Shown one piece after another: positions 13,677-26,062 of a DNA stretch of 64,000 nucleotides. This DNA comes from a virus: positions 2,090 to 66,089 of the IMG/VR virus record IMGVR_UViG_3300034069_000823; one strand, given 5' to 3'. Both the position numbers and the translations under genes were made by a program. The notes under the pieces are model-generated. The model did not search any database. It worked only from the letters and a program-made list of their open reading frames with translations, and was not told the DNA's origin. How positions within the stretch are numbered: position 1 is the first letter of the stretch; each line of letters begins with the position of its first letter.

Positions 13677-16600
13677 ATGGCACATTGTATTAATATTAAT
13701 AGTCCAGAATATATATCTTTAGCCAGATCAAGTAAATTAGGACAAAGAGAACTTAAAGCAAGAATTGCTACATGGCAAGAGCTTACTAATAATTATGATA
13801 GATTTCCCTCTATTGAAGAAGTAGAGGGACTTCTTGATAATAATTATTCAGAAGTTACAGAAGAATTTAAAGAAGATAAATACTTAAAAGAAATATTTCC
13901 TAATATAGATAATAGTTCCTTAAAAGATGCTATTTTAAATATTAGAAATAATAACTATTCTGATTCTTTAATTTCTTTAGGAAATTCTTTAAATAGATTA
14001 GATACAGGTAGTTCTATTCAAGATAGTTATGTAAAAGATTTTCAATATGCTTTTCATGCTTTAACTAATGAATCTGAGAAAAATAATATATTTAAAGCAG
14101 TTGCTAAGAAAGGAAGATTTTTTCAAGATCTTGCTGAATTATATGATGATTATATTACTTATCCAGAATCTTATAAAAAGTCTCTAAATTCTGATGTAGC
14201 TAAAGTATTTGATAGAATGTCAAATCTAAAGTCTGCTATTAATGATAAAGGTTCTTTATTAAGTAATTATTTAAGAAATACAGCAAATACTTCTTTAAAT
14301 AAATATCATAATGATAATCGAGTTTATAATCAAGAAACTAATAGAAGATTAGGTATTAAACATGAAGGAAAATCTCCTAGAGAAATAGATAATTCTATTA
14401 AAGATGCTATTCAAAAATTAAAGAGAAGTTATAGTGACAAGGTAGAAGTAAAAGTTTCTAATCCTAAAGATTCTAAAAATGGATTAGTTACTTATGTATA
14501 TGTTACTAAACCTAGAATAGAGGATTATAATGATTCTGTTAGTTCTAAAGTATTTAATAAAGAAACTTTAGATATACTTACAGAAAATAAAAATAAATTT
14601 TTTGAAACTACAAATGAAGAAAGTTCTGTAGCTCCTAAAACAACTACAGTAAAAAAATTACTTGAAAAGTTTGAAGGAAATGTAGCTAAATCTTTATTAA
14701 AATATATACCTAAAGAAGATATAGTTGTAACCTATACAGGAGATTTATTTTTAGATACTAAAACTTTAGAAGATGGTACTTCTAATTGGACTGAAGCTAG
14801 ATACTATCATAATAGTAATACTATAGATGTTTCTCTTTCAGGAATGTACCCTCAGACTATTATTCATGAAATAGTACATGCTTTAACTATTAATTATATT
14901 AAAGAAAATAGAGATTCTAAAAATGTAAAAGAATTAGAATCTTTATATAAATATGCTAAAGATAAATTAAAGGATGAAGATTGGTATGGTACTACTAATT
15001 TATATGAATTTGCAGCAGAATCTTTGTCAAGAAAAGCTTTTAAAGATAGATTAAAAACTATAGAACCATTAAAGTCTGAAAAGAAAAACTTATTTCAACA
15101 AGTTATAGATAAAATACTAGATTTTTTTGGATTAAATAAAAAGAGTAAAGAAAATTTATATCAACAAGCTTTTTCTACTACTGCTAGTTTAATAGTAGAT
15201 AATTATGAATATATAACTACAAGAGATCAATTACTTAAAGATAGAATAAATTCTATTACTGAGTTAGATGAATTTAATAGTGTATTTAGTGATTCTGTAT
15301 CTACTCTTAAGCCTGAAGATAGTCCTTACACATCAGCATTAAAGAGACTTAATTCTAAGTACTCTTTTCAAGAGATTAAAGATTTATCTTCTAATATTAC
15401 TTCTGCTTTTACAGATTTAATATCTTATTATCAAGAAGAAAATCCAGAATTATCAAGAGAAGAAGTTATTTCTAAAATTACTCCTCAAAAGTTATTTGAA
15501 GAAACTAGAGAACAATTTGAAATTGATTTAGAAGAATACACTGAAAATAATGTAAATCCAAAGTATATAGACAACTTACAAAAGATGTTAGATAATTTTA
15601 GTGATCTAGCTATGATGTCTACTCCAGAGATTAATTTTATTGAAGGTCTTAAGTTTAATCAAAATGATTTAGAAACTTATATATATGATGAAAAGCAAGA
15701 ATTAGATAATGGAGTATCTCAATCTGGAGATTTAAGTAATGAAGTAGACTTTCATGAGAATACTATTTTAGATAGTTGGCAAAGAAATTTTAAGTTTACT
15801 TCTGTAAATGATTCTTTGACTAATAAAGTTAAAAGAATTTTAAGAAGTATTGATGAATTAGATAAAAAAGGAAATCCTGTTATTGATAGTATAGGACATC
15901 CCAGAAAGTTAAATCTTGATATTATTAAGAATGATCTTTTAAAAAATATGCAAGGTGTAATAACTTCAAAAGATATGTTACCTGCTCTAGGTGTAATGGC
16001 TAAACAAAAACCTTGGGTAAACTCTATTATTAACTATCTTCAAGAAGATAATGAGTTATCTTCTCAATTTTATTCTGTTTTTAAGAAAGATTTTACTAAA
16101 CATGGTATAACTACTACAGTTCAAAGTAGTGAAGGTACAGTTTCTTATAAGACACATATTATTAATCAATCAAATAACTTATCTAATTGGATTGATAACT
16201 GGAAAAGTAATCTTGAAAATAGAATTATTTTTAATGATAATTATTCTGTTTATGATACTGATGGGTCTTTAAATATAAAAAATATTGAAAATAATATTAA
16301 TATACTACAAGATTTAGTTAAAGAATGGAATGGAATTGTAAAACAAAACAATATTGATTTAAGGAAAGATTTTTTATCAAGAAAGAATATAACTATTAAA
16401 AATCAATTAAATGCAGTAGGAATTAGTGTAGATAATAATGAAGTTAAGAATCTATTTTTAGATTCTTTGGTTGATACTAAAGAACTTAAAGATAAATTTG
16501 GAATAGATAAATCTAGTTTTAATTTAGATACTATATTAAATAAATTAGTATTAACTAATACTTGGGCTAAATCTAATATTAATAAAGATGGTATTAATTC

Positions 16601-19600
16601 ATTATCTTTAATACAAGAAAATAAGTCTAATTATAATTCCATTGCATCTATTATAGCTGATAATTTAGAAGATCTAATTGAAGGTTCTGTTCATGAAAAT
16701 GGTAAATCTTATTATACTTATTTACAACCTTCTTATTTATCAAAATTAACAAAGCAATTAAAAAATATAAAAGGAAATAGTAAAGAATTTAATGACTTTT
16801 TAGATACTCAGTTTAAACAATATGTAGGAACTATTTATAATGAAGATTCTAATAGATATAATATTTCTTGATTAAATGATTTAACAGATAAAAGAATAGG
16901 TTCTTCTAAAAGAGATTTATTTGATCATAAAGTAATTCTTAATTTTAATAAGACAGAGTATTCAGCTCTTAGTCCTATAGAATATCAAAATATGCTTTTA
17001 GTAGAATATTTTGCTAATAAAGATGTTGCTTGGTATCATGTGCCTATATTAGCAGAAGCTCCATCAGCAGAGTTTATTAAATTTGATAAAATTACACTAA
17101 ACTTTAAAGATAATATAGCAGATAAATTATTAGATTTATTTACTTATGAGTATAATAGAATTAAAGTAGTTAGAGCTAGAAAAGAAGGAATTAAAAATGG
17201 TACTATAAAATCAATAAATAACTTTGATAAAAATGGAGAAAAGTTTCATTTTTTATCTTTTCTAAATGAACATCTTTCAACTATTGATAGTATAGTAAAT
17301 AAAGAAGGTAAATTAAAAGATGTATTACCTACAGAATTATTTGATTTTGTAAAAGATGCTATAAAATATAATTTAGATCTTAAAGCAGATAAAGCTATTT
17401 CTTATATGAATAGTATAGGTCTTCTTGAAAAGACAGAGAATAATAAGTATATTTATTTAGATTCTTTAGGTATAAATCAAAGTAATTTACAAGATAAATT
17501 AGAAGAGTATTTTTATAATTCTTATTTTGCTACTGCTAATATTATTCAATTAACTTCTACTGATTTAGCTTACTATAAAAATGTAGAAGATTTTCAGAAA
17601 AGAAATAAAGAAATACATGCTCCAGGTACTATGGTAAATACTCAAGCTATGTATAAAGGTGAAAGAATAGGTAAAGATAAAGAATCTTATATAATTCTTT
17701 CTGATTATGAGCAGGAATCTACTAAAGAAGTATTAAATTACATAGATAGAGTTTTAAATAGTAATAATTTATTATCAGAAACAGAAAAAAAGAATATTCT
17801 TAGTAAGTACTATGCAAATAATGTTACTGATGCTCAAGCTTACAGGTCTTTAGATAGTGCTAAAACTGTAATAGCTATATCTACTGGATGGAATGATAAA
17901 TTAGAAAACTCTTATCAAAGACTAAAAAAAGGTGAATGAGATATTAGTGATTATAATAATATCATGCAAGCTTTTAAACCTTTTGTATATACTCAAACAA
18001 CAGTAGATTCTGGTATTTTGTTAGATCCTAATGATCCTTCAAAAGGAAATAGAATGATTAAAGTTCCTATGCAACATAAAAACTCTGAATCTATTTTACT
18101 TCCTATGCTAGATAAACAGTTTAAATCTACTAAATTAGGAGGTATAATGAAAGCAATGCAAGATAATAGTATAGATGTTGTAATGTTTGAAAGTGCAGTT
18201 AAAGTAGGTTTACAAGGGGTTTTAGATATAAATAACCTTAATAGTAGAGAAGACATTGCTAATTATATTTCTTCTTTCAAGGGAGATAATCAAGTATTTA
18301 AAACTATATCTTATGAAGATTATAAAATACAGCAACCTATCCCAGAGCATTTACAAGATACTTCTCAATTATTTGGTACTCAGTTAAGAAAATTAATTAT
18401 ATCTGATATAGCAGAAGATGCAGTATTTAAAGTAAGAGGTAAAGACTTTTCTAAAAAAGAATTATTATCTTTGTATAATAATTCTATTATTGAGAATACT
18501 ATTGAAGCTTTTGATGGTATAAAAGAAGAGTTTAAAGATACTAAATCATTACAAGCTATTATTGAAAATGAATTAATCAATAATTCAAGATATAGTAAAG
18601 ATTTACTTAATGCTTGTCAACTAGATAACAATGGAAATTTTGTACTTCCTTTATTTGATCCTTCTCAATCAGATAGAATACAACAGTTATTAAATTCTAT
18701 TTGGAAATCAAGAATAACTAAACAGAAGATTAAAGGAGGAAAAGCAGTACAAATGTCTAGTTATGGATTTTCAGATGATTTACATCTTAAATTTAAAGAT
18801 GTTGATGGAAAAGTTTCTATTGATTATATGGAATGTTATTTACCATTTTGGTCTGAAAAAATGCCTAAAGATTGGAATTTAAATGGTTTTATAGATCCTA
18901 AAACAGGAATAATGGATATTAATAAAATGTTGTCTGAAGGTATAATAGATGAAGAATTTCTAGAAGCTATATCTTATAGAATACCTACAGAGGATAAGTA
19001 TTCTATGTGACCTTTAAAGGTTAAAGGTTTTCTACCTAGAAATAGTGGAGGTAATATTGTTTTACCTAGAGAAATTACAACTATTACTGGTTCTGACTTT
19101 GATATTGACTCTATGTATATGATTCTTAAAGAATTTACTTTTAATGAAAAAACAGGTAAATTTGAAACTATTAAACCTGATATAAATAAAGATGTTTCTG
19201 AAATGAATACTCAAGAAAGAAATAATCTTTTAATAGATGTTATGAGAACTATATTAAGTCATCCAGATACAGCAGTAAAACAATTAAATCCTGGTAACTT
19301 TGATGGTCCTAAAATGACTGCAAGAAGATTAAATATATTAGCTTCTAATACAGAATATACTTGGAAACAATTAGAAAGTATGTCATTAGAAGAATTAGAT
19401 AAATTATCTTCTAAAGGTCAAATGGATATATTAGATTTTACTACTCAAGTTAAGCTTCATAAACAAAATATGACTGCTGCTAAACTTATTGGTATTATTG
19501 CAAATCATTCTACTAATCATGCTGTAAGACAAAATACTAATATAGAAATTAATTATAAGACTGAATTTAAAAAAGATCCTGAAAATAAAGGAAAGAAAAT

Positions 19601-21725
19601 AGAAACTAAAAATCCTAGATTTTATTTAAATGAAAAATTTTATACATCCTTGCATGATATATATTCTCCTGATAATAGTAGTTATATTTCTAAAAACTTT
19701 GCTTCATTTCTAGCAGCTTCTGTAGATGCAGTTAAAGATCCTGTACTATCATTTTTTAATTTAAATACTTTTACAGCAGATTCTGCTATGTTACTTACAG
19801 GACTTGGTTATAATTTCAATGAAATTGGATTATTATTAAGACAACCTGCTATAGAAGAATTAGTTGATTATTATGAAAGAAATTATAAGTCAGGTAAAAC
19901 TAAAGGTGTTGCTATTGATGATTTATTATCTAAGTATAAAAAGTTTTTAAAAGAGACTTTAAGTAGTAATTTAAATCCTGAATTAGATGTAAATCTATTT
20001 GATTTAAATAGTATGGCAGAACAAATTAAATTAAATTCTATCATTAAAGAATTTAACAGCCTTGAAAAAGAAGATAAAGATAAATTTATAGATGCTAATA
20101 AAAAAGATTTAGAGAAATTTTATGTATATCAATATCAAGTATTAAGTAACTATAAAAACATATTAGAAGTTGCTCAACATTTAGCAGAATTTGTTTCTTC
20201 TTCTAGGTCAGATACTGGTTCTGGAGGTGCAGGTCCTACTATTGCTGATACTAAATTTAAAATGAGAAAAGTTCTTAAAAACAAAGTTAATGCTAATCCT
20301 AATAAAGGAGAACCTCTATTAAAAGGTACTGATATTATAGAATTTATAGATAAAAATACTTTAAATAATAGTGATAAATTAAGAGAATATCTTAGAAAAT
20401 CTCCATTAGGATTTATACAAAGTTTTACTACTTTAGGTCTTCAAGCAACTGAAGATAGTTTATCCAAGTATTTTCCACATTATAATAAATATTTTGATTA
20501 TATATTTAATACAATGGAAGATTATTACTTGAAATCTAACAAATTATCAGTAGAATTAATGAATAAGATATATAGTGAATTTGTTACTTATTATATGTCT
20601 CAATATGAAGAATTCTCTAATAAAAATTCAGAGAAATTTATAAAAGATTTTCCAAATAAATTTTTAGAAATAAAAAATAAAGATGAAGATTTATCTTCTT
20701 TACAGTTAATAAAAAATATAAATTACATAAAACCATCTTCTGATGTACCTTATGCTAAATTAAAATTTATTTCTGGTGGAAGACTTTCTTCTAATGTAAG
20801 AGATACAATGATTACAGAATGGGAATCTTTACTATATAAGCCTGAATATAGAGATCTAGCTATTGATTTATTTAAATATAATTATTATTTAAATGGATTT
20901 AACTTTGGAGCTTCTTCATTTATTCATTTAGCACCTACAGCATTAAAATTAAATATACCTAACTTTGTTAGTAACTTAAATAAATTAATGCAAAATCAAG
21001 ATAATGACTTAAATAATAATCAGTTTACTGAAAATCAATTAAATATATTTATAGACCAATTCTATAGAAATAATTTAAGTAATAAAAAGTTAGTACCAGA
21101 GATAGAAGGATATAATGAAAAATCTTTTTTAGATAGTAAATCTAATATATTAGATAATACTAGTATGACTGGATATATTCAAGAATTTAGAGATATTTTT
21201 ACTAATAATGGTAATATTTTAAAATATGTTACTATGAAGATTAAAGGTAATAATGAATACTTTAAAATTACTAGTTCTGAATTAGATAAGAATGATAAAA
21301 TTTCAGTAAATTTTGAGCATATTAAACCTTTAGGAATTAAAAATAATTTTCTTGAATATGATTTTGATAATAGTTCCTTAGATTCTAGTTTATTAGAAGA
21401 TACCTCTAATGCTTCTGATAGAGAAGAATATAGAAATTTTAATCCTGATGTAGCAATAGATGTAGAATCTTATGAATATGATTCTAATCCAGATCCTTTT
21501 AATACTCAGAAATATCCTAATGAATTACAAGATCAATTTGATAATGCTTTTAATTTTATACAACAAGAAAATGAGTTTTTTGATAGTAAAAATTATGAAG
21601 CTTTAGATAATGATAATTCTTATGAAATTCTTAGTAGTGCTAATCAAGAAAGTAATAATCTAAACTCTTTAATACAAGAAGTAAGTAAAGAAGAAATTGA
21701 TAAATATAAAAAGAATTGTGATTAA
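13677..21725 (+). CDS. Virion-packaged single-chain double-psi-barrel RNA polymerase, 2682 aa, with N-terminal zincin-like domain; TGA=Trp
   Basis: Fragments 13677, 16992, 17964 and 19113 are in one frame, joined by 3 TGA. Catalytic GSDFDID (DFDID at 19095-19109), plus NVTDAQAY, SAVKVG, QLRKLI, YRIPTEDKYS and ASVDAVKDP motifs of crAss vRNAPs. Confidence 0.92.
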
Positions 21726-21726
21726 T

Positions 21727-24700
21727 ATGAAATGTCCTAATAAAAACAGTAAAGATTGGCTTAATATCTCTAATAAATATGGAGAGAATATAGCTTGGGC
21801 TTCTTATATAAGAAATGGGGAGGAAATTCCTCCCTTATCTTATGTAGATAATTGGGTTGAAGAAAAACTTGGTAAAGATAAATTAGAAGATATAAATAAA
21901 GAAACTAAACATCTGTTAGCAATTAAAGAAGTAATTACTTCTCAATTAGAAGAATTAGGTATAGGTGTTGGAGCTTTAACTGAATATGAAAGGAAAACAG
22001 GTATACAAGGTAATACTGTTAATGGAGTATTTGATCCCTCATCTTCTCAAAAGACAGCAGATGGTTTAGTAGAATTAATTAGAATAGCACAAAATAATAG
22101 AGGTCTTAAAGCACTTCCAGAAGAATTTGCACATTTAGTAGACGCTTCTCTAAATGGTATGGATAATCCTATATATAATAGATTAACTAATCTTCTTAAA
22201 GATAATAATATAGTTAAAGAAGTATTAAATCAAGAGGAAGAAGGTTCTTATGAAAGATATTCTTCTATATATAATAATAATGCAGATTTATTAGCTTCAG
22301 AGGCTAGAGCTAAATTAATAGCTAAGCATATTATTAGAGGAGAAGAAATTAAAGAATCTGCATGACAATCCCTTATGCAACGAGTTAAGCAATTATTTAA
22401 TAAGATATTTGGAAAAGCTGATTCTAATAATCTAAAACAAAAACTATATGAAATAGATAGAGAATATGGTAAGTTTTCTTCAGATTTAATGTCAGGACAA
22501 GTACAAATAAATATTGATTTTAATAATTTAAGAACTAAAAATTTATTATATAATGCACAAAAAAGTCTTTCAGTTGCTGAAGAAACCTTGAAAAAAGTAA
22601 TTGAAACAGAACATAAAAGATTAAAGATAGTAGAAGCTAATAAAAGACTTTCAGAAGATCAATTACAAGACTTAAAAGAAAGAGAAATTAATTTAAATAG
22701 GTTAGAAGATCTAAAAAATGAGAAAAGATATGATGAAGGTATTTTAGATTTTATAAGTCAAGCATATACAGATTTAAATACTTTATTAGATAAAATACCA
22801 GATCTTAAATTAAATAATAATATACCAACTTCTGAATTACAAAATACAGCTAAGTTTTTAAGAGAAATGAAAACTTTTATTGATGCTTATAGTACTAGAT
22901 TAGAGGATATTATTAAATATACTTTAACTGATGAGTATAAAAAAAGTAATATAGATATATCAGAACCTTTAAAAGATTTTACTGCTATATTACAAAGAGC
23001 AGAGATTCAATATAAAGAGGCTTCTATACCATTATTTTCTAAGTTTATTAAACAATTTACAGGAGATTTAATAGGAAAAACTATTAAAGGTAATAAAGTT
23101 ACTGAAGATTATATTGAAAATTTATTAGTAGAATCTCCTAAAGATATAGGTATATTAGATAGATGATTATTTTCTATGGCAGAATCTTCAGATTTATTAC
23201 TAAGACTTATTGAAAGACCTGTTAAAAATGCTAGATTTAAAGCTAAAGAAAAAACTGATGAAACTATAAGACAGTTACAAAAAGCTCAAGAAGATTTAGA
23301 AAAAGCAGGTTATAAAACAGATTTTATTTATGAAAGAAATTCTAAAGGTGAATTAACAGGAAGGTATATACAAGCTATAGATTGGAATAAATTTTATGAA
23401 TCACAAAAGAAACAAGAGGAATTATTAAATAATAAATATGGAAATAGAAGTAATTCATCTATTTGGTGAAAAGAATTTTATAAATGAAGAAACTCTAATA
23501 TGATTCAAGATGAGACTTCAGGGAAATGAGTACCTAAAGAGTCAATTTATTCAAACCCTAATTATACCTCTCTTAGTCCTGCTCAAAAAGCTTTTTATGA
23601 CAAAGTAATAGCTATTAAATTAGAGGCAGATTCTTATTTACCAGAAAATAAGATGAATCCATATTTACTTCCTCAAATAAGAAAAGATTTTTTAGAAAGG
23701 TTAAAAGAAGCTAAATCTCTAAAAGAAGCTAGAAAATTATTTGGATCTGGAATAGCAGATAAATGATTAGCCAGAGAATCTGATGATGAGTTTGGTAATA
23801 CTTATAGACTTCAAGATTTTGATGGAACTAAATTAGATTTACTTCCTGTATATTATACTACTAAATTAGATGATATGAGTCAATTATCTACAGATATAGT
23901 ATCTTCACTTGCTTTATATACAGATATGGCATATAATTATGATGCTATGAATAAAATAGTAGATATTATGGAAGTAGGGAAAGATATAATGGCTAATAGA
24001 AATATAGATGATACTATAGGAGGTAAAAATATAATTGAAAGATTTCAACATGGAGGTAGAACTATAGTTAATAAGACTATTAAGCCTAAAGGATCTTCTC
24101 ATTTTATGGATAGATTAGAATCTTTTTACTCTTCTCAAATATATGGAGAAACTCAAAAAGATCAAGGAAGTTTTAAATTACCATTTATAGATAGTCAAAT
24201 ATCTATAGCTAAGGCAGCTAATAACTTAAATCAATTTACAGCACTTAATACTTATGCTTTTAATTTACTTTCTGGTGTAGCTAATGTTACTATGGGAAGA
24301 ATAATGACAAGAGTAGAAGCTATTTCAGGTCAGTATTTTGATATAAAAGAATTAGCATGAGCAGATAAAACTTATTCTCTACAACTTTCTAAAGTAATTT
24401 CAGAAATAGGCAAAAGAAGAAAAACTGGTAAATTAGATTTACTTATGACTAAATTTAATGTTTTGCAAGATCATGAAAAGGCTATTAGAGAAATAGAGCA
24501 GAATAAAAAGAATATATTTGCAAGATTATGTAATTCTTCAGCTTTCTTCTTTTTAAATAATTGTGGAGAACATTATTTACAGACAAGATCTTTTTTAGCT
24601 TTAATGAAAAGAATGAAACTAAAAGATTCTACAGGAAAAGAAATTAATCTTTGAGACGCTTATCAAGTAACTAAAGGTTCTGATGGTATTGAAAGAGTTT

Positions 24701-25464
24701 CCTTAAAAGAAGGAGTTACTAAATTAGATGGTACTGAATTTACATCAGAAGATGTTGAAAAATTAACAAGAAAAACTGCTAGAATTAATCAAAAACTACA
24801 TGGTATATATAATAAAGAAGATATGAATGCTTTTCAAACTACAGCTCAAGGTAGATTAGCTATGATGTTTAGAAAGTGGATTGTTCCTTCTTTTAATAGA
24901 AGATTTCAAGGTGAAAATTATTCTTTTGATTTAGATGATGTAGAGCAAGGATATTATAATTCTACTTATAATTTCTTTAAAGTTTTATACAAAGATTTAA
25001 AAAATCATCAATTTAATTTTAGCACTAGATGAAAGGAACTTAATCCTACTCAAAGAGCAAATGCTTTAAGAGCTGTAGCTGAAGTAGGTCACTTTTTAGG
25101 ATTAGTAATTGCTTATGGTCTATTAAGTAATGCTTGGGATGGTGATGATCAATGGTATAAATCTTTCTTATTATATCAAATAAGAAGATTAAGAACTGAA
25201 GTAGGTGTTTTAGTACCTGGTCCACAAGTTTTACAAGAAGGTTTAACCATACTTAAGTCTCCTGCCGCAGGTATTAATTATATGCAGAATCTAATGAACT
25301 TATTATATATTACAAATGTATTAGAAGATCCTATACAATCTGGACAATATGAAGGATGGAATAAAACTCTTAGAGATATTGTTAAAGTAGTACCTTTTAA
25401 TAATACTATAAGAAGAGCTTTTTCTCCAGAAGAGGCTTTAAAATTCTATTCATTATCAAATTAA
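21727..25464 (+). CDS. Large ejection/cargo protein, 1245 aa (gene after vRNAP; positional equivalent of phi14:2 gp67); TGA=Trp
   Basis: Seven track fragments (21697 to 25282) share a frame, joined by 9 TGA; TAA at 25462-25464. ATG 21727 lies just after the RNAP stop. Hydrophobic C-terminal helices. Confidence 0.8.
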
Positions 25465-25483
25465 AGTTCATGATGAAATTTTT

Positions 25484-25568
25484 TATAAGGGTATAAAATT
25501 GTTACTCTTATACCATGATGTAAAAAAAAGTAAAGGGAATATCTTTTTAGACAATCTCTTTACTTTTT
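25484..25568 (+). terminator. Two hairpins at the convergent late/early junction; probable (bidirectional) terminator
   Basis: Stem TATAAGGGTA/TACTCTTATA (25484-25512) and stem AAAAAGTAAAGGGA/TCTCTTTACTTTTT (about 25525-25568). The G-U wobbles work on the plus strand; A- and T-tracts flank the second stem. Confidence 0.6.
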
Positions 25569-25572
25569 ATAT

Positions 25573-25866
25573 TTAATATAAAGTAATAATTACTTTATTA
25601 TCATCATAATTATATTCAATATCTGAAACAAAATACTTTTCTTTATCTATAATTACTTTTCCACTAGTAGGTATTATAGTAGAAGAATACACTACTTTAA
25701 ATATCTCATCTGAATGACTTTTTTTATATACTATAGTTGGATTATGCATATTTATTTGATTTATTTGATTTATTTGATTTACATTATTATTACTTTCTTT
25801 ATAAATAAGTGTACTCATAAAAGCTACAAATATACCTATTATTATATAACCTAAATTTGAATACAT
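25573..25866 (-). CDS. Small membrane protein with NQI repeat
   Basis: 97-aa ORF, N-terminal hydrophobic helix. Confidence 0.65.
   Translation of the reverse strand: MYSNLGYIIIGIFVAFMSTLIYKESNNNVNQINQINQINMHNPTIVYKKSHSDEIFKVVYSSTIIPTSGKVIIDKEKYFVSDIEYNYDDNKVIITLY
25751..25777. repeat. 3 x 9-bp perfect tandem repeat (TTTATTTGA)
   Basis: Read directly; encodes (NQI)3 on the minus strand. Confidence 0.85.
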
Positions 25867-25870
25867 ACTA

Positions 25871-26062
25871 TTAATTTATTTTAGGAGATTTACCTTCAAA
25901 AAACTTTCCAAAACCTATATAAGCCTCACACTTTTTATCTTTTATATAATCTAAAGAAAAATTAGCATAAGATTGATTATAAGGACATGGTTTTATATGT
26001 CTTCTTTTACAATTTCTATTACATTCTTCTTTAGTTGCTACACATATTGTTATATCATTCAT
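25871..26062 (-). CDS. Small Cys-rich hypothetical protein
   Basis: 63 aa with six Cys; tightly packed in the operon. Confidence 0.6.
   Translation of the reverse strand: MNDITICVATKEECNRNCKRRHIKPCPYNQSYANFSLDYIKDKKCEAYIGFGKFFEGKSPKIN

Noticed and set aside
21697-21726. Track start at 21697 for the post-RNAP gene
   Set aside because: It overlaps the RNAP end; ATG 21727 follows the stop and gives the MKC N-terminus matching the MAHC motif.
2295-24102. Track ORFs 2295-2558, 7253-7483, 11551-11739, 17993-18256, 18380-18580 and 23914-24102 (minus) and 9405-9605 (plus, other frame)
   Set aside because: Antisense or off-frame shadows lying inside long genes, with the biased composition typical of shadows.
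819-25464. Plus-strand ORF fragments as pseudogenes, frameshifts or assembly errors
   Set aside because: All fragments of each gene are in one frame, separated only by TGA, and the gaps translate into conserved-looking sequence including the RNAP active-site approach.
1-25464. TGA as selenocysteine or another residue
   Set aside because: There are dozens of sites in Trp-like contexts in Cys-poor proteins, and no SECIS-like hairpins were noticed.
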